Source: Neocallimastix sp. 'constans'
Taxonomy: Eukaryota
NCBI GenBank assembly: GCA_050613775.1
Contig: JBODTK010000141.1
Coordinates: forward strand, 418,970 to 438,969
Direction of reading: 5' to 3'
DNA length: 20,000 bases
A model generated the notes under the pieces. That model was not told the DNA's origin. It was given only the letters and a program-made list of their open reading frames with translations, and ran no database searches. A program made the translations under genes and the position numbers. Positions 11,797-20,000 of this stretch are shown here, in pieces; the stretch's first letter is position 1, and every line of letters begins with the position of its first letter.

Positions 11797-14621
11797 TTAA
11801 TAATTAAAATTATTCATATTATTCATTTTATTCATTTGATTTTGGAAGTTATTGTTGAATGTATTATTCGAATTAGAAATCATATTATTCATTCCATTAT
11901 TAATTAATTGATTATTATTGATATTCTGTTGCATATTAATATTAAATCCAGTTTGCAAATTACTATTATTGTAATTCATAACATTATCATTCCAATTAAT
12001 AGCTTTATTATTATAAAATGAATTATTATTATTATTATTATTATTATTAACATTAATTAAAGATGATGATTCAATATTAACCAAATTTTTAATTGACATA
12101 TCGATTAGTGAATTTACATTATGTTTATCATTTTCCTATTAATTTAAAATTATTTATAATTAATATTTATATATTTATTTTTTTAAAAAAAAAATAAAAT
12201 ATTTAAAATTTACAATTTTGTTTCCATTAGGATCAAATGAAAAGTTTGTAGATGAACTATTTGTTAAATTATAAGAGTAATTTGATCTAAATACATATAT
12301 ATATAATTAGTTCATTTAGTAATTATTTAAATATATTAAGTTTATATCGTATTATTTATTTATATGCATATATTTTTACCCTTGACTTTCTAATAATTTA
12401 TTATTAGTAGTATTACTATTATTTAAAAAGTTATTTGTATTTCCATTATTAGAATTTAATGCATTTATATTCATATTACTATTATTATTGTATGACATTG
12501 AATTTTGATACATTAATAAATTATTATTATTATTATTATTATTACTAACATTATTATTATTGAAAGTCATTGAATTTTGATCCATTAATAACTTATTATC
12601 ATTATTTGAAAGTATATTATTATTGTTGTTGACAGTACCTAATGATATATTATTAGGGTTCATAGAATTAATACAATATTGGCTATTATTATTATTGGTA
12701 TTATTATTGTTTGTATTACTTATAAATAAAGATGAATTATCGTTATTCATCATAGAACATAATAAACTATTATTATTATTATTATTATTATTATTTAATA
12801 ACATATTACTGTTTCCACCTAAATTATTGTTGTTATTATTATTCATTAATAAGTTATTATTATTTCCTATTAAATTGTTATTGTTACTCATTAACAAATT
12901 ATTGTTTCCTCCTAAATTGCTATTGTTATTCATTAATAAGTTATTATTATTTCCTCCTATATTGTTAATACTCATTAACATATTATTATTTCCTATTAAT
13001 AAATTATTGTTATTGTTATTATTCATTAACATACTATTCATCATATTTCCCCCGTTTAATTGCATGTTATTCTGATTTTGAGACATTAACATATTTGTGT
13101 TATTGTTATTACCAAAGAAATCCATTCCTTGGAATTGTTGTTGTATTTGTTGATATTGCATTTGTTGATACTGTAAATTATTATTTTTTGGTTGAATTTC
13201 ATCTGGGATTGGTTCATCTAGAATTAATAAATCTTTATCCACACTTTTTCCTTTTTCTGTACTTTTACTACTCTTTCCTTTTCTTTAAATTTAATATATT
13301 TACATATATATCAATTTAATATTAGTATCATTATTATTATAAATATTATAACATGTAATAATATATTAATATTTTTATTACTCTCTGTCATTTTTCTCAG
13401 TAGTAAGAAGATTTTCTTGACTAAATATACAATTAAACAAAAGTGTTAATATAGTATTATATATTATATTTTTTGCTGTAATTATAATAAAATAGTATAT
13501 TTTAAATACCTTCTTTTCATTTCACGTCTTTTTTCATCTTGTATTAAAGTTTCTTTACTATTTTCTATAGCTTTTCTAATTTCAAGATCTTCATCATAAT
13601 CATTAAGATTCTTTGGTGCATCTGATGTTAATGATTTTGTCATTCCAGTTTTTAATCTTGACCTTTCGTTTAATAATTTAGTCTCATCAGTAATTAAATC
13701 ATATATTTCTTTACTTTTGACTCTTACTATTTGTTTTAGTAATGATAATAAATTAATTTTTTTTTTATTATTATTAATAAGAAAAATTCACTAACATAAT
13801 AATAAATATAATTAAAACATACCATTAATTCCTTCATCTTGGTTATTCTCATCTCTATATTGGAAATCTTTTAAAGTTTTGATAAGATAAATATTATCTT
13901 GAGTATATTTAACTACCATATCAGAGCCATGATATAATAAATATTCAAGAACAGTTAAACTCTAATATAGACAAAATTAATATTTCATATATTTATAAAT
14001 AAATATTCTCTTCATTCTAAATATTTTTTTATATAACTTATATAATTGTTATATATACCTTATACACATGTCTCCAATTTTTTCCTTTATCATTTAATCT
14101 TTTTTCTAATATTTCCATAATTTCAAGAAATTGATGACTAATTTCATAATTATCAGAATATATTTATATATTTTAATTAATATTTTATATATTATAAATA
14201 ATTTAATATAAAAAAATAAAAATTTGATAGTAATAATATTAATTATAATAAAAATAATAATAATGAAATAATAATTACTCATTCCATGATGCTACTGCAA
14301 TATCATTTAATAAAAGATTGTTTGCACATTTATTTTCATTTGAGGTTGCTATACATTATTAATATAAGTGTATATATATATGAGAAATTTATAATGTTTT
14401 TATGCAATGAAAAAAAGAAAAATTTAGTAAATCAATAATAATTAAAATACTGCTATTACCTTTTCTTATTTTTATTTGAATATCTGTGTATCCACCTAAA
14501 TTGTTTTTCCTAAAAGCAATTTTTAAATTATTTATTATTATTTCGTTTTATTAATATTTGTTTTTACTTTTACTTAAATTAATTACGTTGTTCTAAGAAT
14601 TTTTTTTCCTACGTTTGACAT
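11797..14621 (-). CDS. Epsin-family endocytic adaptor (Ent1/Ent2-like): ENTH domain, one UIM, long Asn-rich low-complexity tail; about 647 aa
   Basis: Exons 14621-14587, 14509-14460, 14348-14279, 14137-14059, 13961-13823, 13726-13510, 13420-13382, 13282-12380, 12286-12214 and 12135-11797 total 1944 nt in frame. ENTH: ILRTTKN..GYTDIQIKIRKATSN...EIMEILEKRLNDKGKNWRHVYKSLTVLEYLLYHGS...IKTLKDFQYRDENNQDEGINVRVKSKEI. UIM: DEDLEIRKAIENSKET. Clathrin-box-like LLILD and LIDM. Confidence 0.92.
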
Positions 14622-14713
14622 TTTTTCTAACCTTTTTTTATTTTAATTTTTATATGATTTTTTTATTATGAAAAAAGAGATAAAAATTTAAATAAAAAAA
14701 ATAATAATAATAA

Positions 14714-14752
<39 letters not shown>

Positions 14753-15384
14753 ATATATTTTAAATTTATAAAATTTGAAATTGAAAGTAATTTAAAATAA
14801 AGTATGGATTTGATTAAAATACTAAATAATTTTAAATATATCAAAATTTACATATCACTTCAAAATAAAAATTTAAATTATATTATTAATTATATTAATA
14901 TTAATATAATTAGAAAGATGAAAAATAAAATTATAGCTTTAACTATACAACAGTATTATAATTAAAATTAGTTAAATTTGAATTTAAATTATGATATTAT
15001 TCCTACATAAAAATTAATTTAATTAACGATTATTTATAATAACGTAAATATAAAATTTAAAATTATTTAGATTATTGGATATTTAAGATGTTAATTATAA
15101 ACTTTTTTTTAAAAAATTTTTTCATATGAAATAATGGATAATTATTTATTGAATTTAAAAATAAAAATATTATTTGAAATATTATATTAATAATATAATA
15201 TCAAAATTAAAATTTATATATATAAAATTTAAATGTATGCTAATAAGAAATAAATAATAAGAATAAATAATAATAATAATTAAATAAAAATATATTAAAA
15301 AAAAAAAAAAAAAAAAAGAATAAATAATAATAATTATATTAGAATATTTATTTTAATTATAAAATAATTTTACGTTAGTAGATG

Positions 15385-15423
15385 ATATTCTATTGATATT
15401 ATAAAAAAATATCAATAGAATAT
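15385..15423. repeat. Perfect 16-bp inverted repeat (hairpin), 7-nt loop
   Basis: ATATTCTATTGATATT (15385-15400), loop ATAAAAA, AATATCAATAGAATAT (15408-15423). Confidence 0.85.
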
Positions 15424-15450
15424 TATAAATATAATAATGTAAAAATAATT

Positions 15451-15570
15451 AAATTATTTTGATATGTATAATATATGAATATATGTAACAATAAAAAGAT
15501 TATATTCTCAAATTATTTTGATATGTATAATATATGAACATATGTAACAATAAAAAGATTATATTCTCAA
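15451..15570. repeat. Direct tandem duplication, 2 x 59 bp, one mismatch
   Basis: aaattattttgatatgtataatatatgaa(t/c)atatgtaacaataaaaagattatattctc at 15451 and 15510. Confidence 0.92.
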
Positions 15571-15945
15571 CTTTTTAAAGTTATTAGTTTGTATGATTTC
15601 GAATTATTTCATATTAATCAAGATTAATTTATTATTTCATTTATATTTAAAATATTTTCATTTTAAAATTATTATTTAAATAAATTACAATATATAATTT
15701 AAAGGATAAAATAAAAAGATTTAAATATTTCTATAATCTATTAATATAATATTCTATCCATATTAATTATTTATATTATCATATATCATATAGAAACAAA
15801 AATGTGGATAATTTTATATCAATAAAAATAAAAAATAAAAAAATAAAAAAAAAAAATTAAAATAAAAATTAAAAAAAAATTTTTTAAAATTTATAATTAA
15901 TAAAATTTTTATAAAATTTAATTTTGATATTAAAATAAAATTATG

Positions 15946-16081
15946 ATGTACATTATTATATCAATAATGTACATAAATTTATTATGTGGCTATGGGTTTA
16001 CTGAATGTTGATTGGTTTACTAATTTTTTAGAATATCACTAAAAGATTTCTCACTAGATTACATTTAGTTCCTTCTTTTCC
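15946..16081 (+). promoter_or_regulatory. Putative RPL17 core promoter: 12-bp palindrome, TGTGGCTATGGGTT, inverted CCAAT box and pyrimidine initiator-like tract
   Basis: ATGTACATTATT-ATATC-AATAATGTACAT (15946-15974), TGTGGCTA (15985-15992), ATTGG (16011-16015) and TTCCTTCTTTTCC (16069-16081), just upstream of the 5'-UTR intron donor at 16108. Motifs are seen directly; function is inferred. Confidence 0.5.
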
Positions 16082-16107
16082 AAAATATATTTCGGCTAAA
16101 TCGAAAG

Positions 16108-16217
16108 GTAATTTGGATTATGAATGAATTATGAATGATGTTTTATTATCGGTAATATGTCTATGTATGTCCATCCATCCATCATTAATATTTTTTCAAT
16201 TTTAATAATTTATTTAG
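16108..16217 (+). other. Predicted 5'-UTR intron of RPL17
   Basis: Donor AAG|GTAATT at 16108 and acceptor TTTAG at 16217, 7 nt before the ATG (alternative AAG at 16224). Splicing removes several upstream ATGs. Confidence 0.7.
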
Positions 16218-16224
16218 TATAAAG

Positions 16225-16970
16225 ATGACCCGATACGCCGCTACTCCAGAAAATCTCGATAAAGGTATATAATAGTTTTAAATGTTGAATTATTATTATT
16301 ATATATATAATAATATTTTAATTTATAATATATATATAATTTTATAATAATTAGCTGCTAAGGCTAGTGGTTCTTACCTTCGTGTTCATTTCAAGGTATA
16401 TAAATAAAAATGAATTTATTAATATTTTTAATAATGAAATAAAATAAATGAATGATCAATAGACATTATATTAATAAGTAATAAAATAAATTATAATTAA
16501 TATAGAACACCAGAGAAGCCGCCAAAACTATCTCTGGAATGAAGCTCACTAAGGCTGTTAAGTTCTTAAACGATGTTAAGGAAATGAAACAATGTGTTCC
16601 ATTCAGAAGATTCTCTAAGGGTGTTGGTCGTTGTGCTCAAGCCAAGAACCACAACATTTCTCAAGGTAGATGGCCAGTTAAGAGTGCTGAATTCTTATTA
16701 GGTCTCCTTAAGAATGCCGAAAGTAATGCTGAAGTTAAGGGACTTAACTTAGATAACCTTGTCATCAAGCACATCCAAGTTAATCAAGCTCCAAAGCAAC
16801 GTAGAAGAACCTATAGAGCTCACGGTCGTATCAACGCTTACTTAAGTCACCCATGTCACATTGAAATTATTGTTGCTGAAGAAAATGAAGCTGTTGAAAA
16901 GGCCACTGAAAAGACTGTCTCCTTAAACAAGAGAATGGCTGCCAGAGCTGCCAGAATTGCTGCTTACTAA
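16225..16970 (+). CDS. RPL17: 60S ribosomal protein L17 (uL22), 181 aa
   Basis: Exons 16225-16264, 16355-16395 and 16506-16970 total 546 nt: [41 protein letters not shown]...CVPFRRF...[23 protein letters not shown]...[21 protein letters not shown]. Codon bias (AAG, AAC, GCC, CAC) is typical of a highly expressed gene. Confidence 0.98.
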
Positions 16971-17873
16971 ATTTGATGTGTATAAAATTTAAATTTTTAA
17001 TAAAAAGAATTTAAAATTAAATATATATTAAATTTATATTAAGTTAAATTGTATTCTTGTGTTTTGAGATTAATAAAAGAAGAAATATATATGAAATTGA
17101 TAACAAAGTTTTAAATATTTAAAAAGTTATAATATTAAATTAAATATATATAGAGAAGTTAGGAAGAAGTGTGATGAAAAGTTGTTGAGATTATCATAAA
17201 AAATTATTTACTCAATATTAATATGAAGTAAATTGTATTCAAGTACAAATAATATAATTTTATATTTTTAGTTTTTATTTATTTTTTTATTTTTGGTATT
17301 ATTTTAATTATTTTGAAAGATTTATTTAATTCCATATAATTATTTAATAATGATTTTAAATATCTGAATGTATTTATTTATTTTTATTTTCATCTATTTA
17401 TTTATTTATTTTTTCTTTTTACTTTTATTTATTATTTTCTTTTTTATTACATATATAAAATAATTTTTTTTTTATTAATAAAGTTTAGTTTTTATTTTGA
17501 ACTATATGTTGAAGTCTGAGACGTTTTGATTCTGACCATAAAAAAAATTTTTTAATTTTCATTAATGACCTTGAATCTTGAACTCTTGAACAAGAAAGTG
17601 AGTTATGGGAATTCTTTAATAAAAAAATAACAATTTGTAACGAAATTATTCATGGAATTGCTAAAAAGTACTATATTAATATGGATTAACTATTTCATCC
17701 TAAGAGTTAACTATAATAATAATATGTATTATTTGAAGGTTATTTATATGATTACAAAACACTTACTTATTAAATGAATAAAAACGTCACAAAAAGTCAA
17801 TTCTTTTAATAGTAATTCAAATAAACATTAGAATACGTATCAATTAATTTTTACTAAAAAAAAACAAACTCCA

Positions 17874-18185
17874 ATGATTCCAAATGATTTAGAGGATAGT
17901 CGTTGCTGTTGGATTACATCAACATTACAAGTTTTATGTAATTTACCAGGTGTTGAGACAGATTTTCCAAGGTAATCCAATAATAAAAAAAAAATTTTTT
18001 TTTTCTTTTCTTTTCTTAATTAACAATTTTTAATATATATTACTATATATATACATATATAATTTTTTAATATTTCATGTTTATATTATATATATATTAT
18101 ATAAAAAAAATATTCATCTATTAATATATATATATATACTTTATATTTTATATTTTATCATATATATAAAATCTATATATTTATT

Positions 18186-18222
<37 letters not shown>

Positions 18223-19179
18223 ATTTTTTAATAATTATCAATTATATATTATTATTGCTACAAATTTTATATTATAATTACTATTATTAATATTATTATT
18301 TTATTATTATTATTATTTTATTATTATTATTTACATATATGTGTAAATTTTATAAAATAATATCATAGATATAATTGTATGTTGAATGATACTCAACGTG
18401 AGTTATATAAAATATTACAAATTATTCAAAGTGATGATGATACTTTAAAAGAAATAATAAAAATAAATGAAAATGATCCAAAATTATTAGCAAATTTAAA
18501 TAACAACAGTAGTTCATGTACCGTTAATCCTACGACATTAATAAAAACACTATTTACTTCAATACAAGATCCATTCATTGATTACTTTAGTGGCATAATA
18601 CAGACTTCGTATAAAACATCTAATGGTTTATGCGTTGCAGATAATATGAATCGTGTAAATTATTCATCAGAATTTGCTCGTGTACTGCTTGATAAAATTT
18701 TAGTGGGTACTCGATTAAGATCGAGATTTCAAGCCACTATCATATGTAGAGATATGTGTAGTCTATGTAAAAAAAAATCACAGAAATCTGTAATGAAATA
18801 TTGTCGTTTCTTCCCGTTACTTTTAACGAAAGAACTTAAAGCAAATAATAATTATGAAATTTCTTTTATTGATATCATGCGTGAAGAGCTTAATCATTTA
18901 CCTGTTTTCATAGATGAGTCGGAAGATAACGAAGAAAATCAAAATTATGAACATACTATGGATATAGATACCAGTTCTAAAAAATAAGAAAATGAGATAC
19001 CTTTTATTATTTTAAATAATAATGGTAAAAGAAAAAATTATTGTAATAAATTTTCATTTTATTTGGTATAAGCCACAATTAATATAAATAGATATAATTG
19101 GGGGTGTCATTTCGAAAATTTTCATTACATAAATTTGTATTTTGTTGTAGTGCATTTCGGAAAACATGGCGTATTATAA
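17874..19179 (+). pseudogene. Divergent ubiquitin-specific protease (peptidase C19/USP)-like gene, truncated or pseudogenised
   Basis: Exon 17874-17971 (MIPNDLEDSRCCWITSTLQVLCNLP, Cys-box-like) splices AG|GTAATC...CATAG|A in frame to 18369-18987, giving 238 aa with VNPTTLIKTL, NYSSEFARVLLDKI (QQDAxEFxxxLLDxL-like), RFQATIICRDMCSLCKKKS (CxxC) and FFPLLL. The same frame continues past TAA at 18985 and 19069 into ININRY and YINLYFVVVHFGKHG (His-box-like), ending at TAA 19177. The true 5' end is uncertain. Confidence 0.65.
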
Positions 19180-19422
19180 TGTAATAAATAAATAAATGAA
19201 TAAATATATTATAAATGAATAAATAAATTTTTAAATAATAATAAAAATAATTAAGACAAACGTTTATTATGACTAAAAAAAATTTTTTTAGAAAATTAAA
19301 TAAAAATATATATATATATAATTACTACATATATAAAATAATTATATTTTTTTTATTTTATTTTAAATATTATTAATTATTATTAATACATTAATACCTT
19401 GTTTATATTATCAACAGAAAAT

Positions 19423-19684
19423 ACAGATTGAATAAAATAAAATAAAATGAAAATAAAATAAAATAAAATAAATAGTAGAAACATAAATATAAGTACAGAT
19501 TGAATAAAATAGAATAAAATAAAATAAATAGTAGAAACATAAATATAAGTACAGATTGAATAAAATAAAATAAAATAAAATAAATAGTAGAAACATAAAT
19601 ATAAGTACAGATTGAATAAAATAAAATAAAATAAAATAAAATAAAATAAATAGTAGAATATTAATTAAGAAAGTACAAATTGAA
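19423..19684. repeat. Minisatellite: 32-bp core x3 plus degenerate flanking copies, separated by (TAAAA)n
   Basis: tagtagaaacataaatataagtacagattgaa at 19473, 19529 and 19585 (56-bp period); degenerate copy at 19651-19684; partial copy at ~19423. Confidence 0.9.
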
Positions 19685-20000
19685 TAAAATAAAATAAAAT
19701 AAAATAAAATAAAATAAAATAAAATAAAATAAAATAAAATAAAATAAAATAAAATAAAATAAAATAAAATAAAATAAAATAAAATAAAATAAAATAAAAT
19801 AAAATAAAATAAAATAAAATAAAATAAAATAAAATAAAATAAAATAAAATAAAATAAAATAAAATAAAATAAAATAAAATAAAATAAAATAAAATAAAAT
19901 AAAATAAAATAAAATAAAATAAAATAAATAAAATAAAATAAAATAAAATAAAATAAAATAAAATAAAATAAAATAAAATAAAATAAAATAAAAATAAAAT
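19685..20000. repeat. (TAAAA)n pentanucleotide microsatellite, over 60 copies, running to the window edge
   Basis: Seen directly; near-perfect, with single-base slips at ~19925 and ~19990. Confidence 0.97.

Noticed and set aside
12623..13319. Leu-rich plus-strand ORFs 12623-13075 and 13095-13319 that look membrane-like or LRR-like
   Set aside because: Antisense reading of the epsin (AAT/AAC)n codons.
14650..14844. 64-aa minus-strand ORF with poly-Phe
   Set aside because: It derives from a poly(T) tract in the epsin 5' region.
15943..16004. ATGATGT...CTGA as a C/D snoRNA near RPL17; RPL17 introns also checked, since vertebrate RPL17 hosts SNORD58
   Set aside because: Box C is imperfect, the span is short and no rRNA complementarity was recognised; the introns lack a CTGA D box. 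A promoter interpretation is simpler.
18985..19071. Stop-codon reassignment (TAA as sense) to explain the USP-like read-through
   Set aside because: RPL17, MPE1 and the epsin all end at TAA, and none of the conserved genes has an internal TAA.
19411..19684. CRISPR-like spacing of 32-bp repeats, and ORF 19411-19596
   Set aside because: The spacers are just (TAAAA)n rather than unique sequences, there are no cas genes, and the context is eukaryotic. The ORF is a repeat translation.
19685..20000. (TAAAA)n as a telomere
   Set aside because: It has no G-rich strand, and the same pentamer occurs internally (e.g. ~7600, ~10630), so it is an ordinary microsatellite.

Overview
Extremely AT-rich, intron-dense eukaryotic DNA with long poly(A)/poly(T) tracts and Asn-rich proteins. 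It is most consistent with an anaerobic gut fungus (Neocallimastigomycota); this is inferred from composition and fungal-type genes, not proven. I hand-spliced four conserved genes: the 5' part of the dynamin-related GTPase MGM1 (-, runs off the left edge), an MPE1/RBBP6 3'-end processing factor (-, 8 exons), an epsin (-, 10 exons) and RPL17/uL22 (+, 3 coding exons plus a 5'-UTR intron). The window also holds a decayed Ty1/copia pol remnant, a divergent and apparently truncated USP (peptidase C19)-like gene, and several tandem and inverted repeats. I found no CRISPR array or RNA gene, and I cannot demonstrate a new multi-gene system. The best leads are a TCT/5'TOP-like motif and candidate promoter elements at RPL17, an Mgm1 with no clear N-terminal membrane anchor, an outlier-length intron after the DWNN domain of MPE1/RBBP6, the USP-like relic, an epsin lacking NPF/DPW motifs, and a foldback repeat element.
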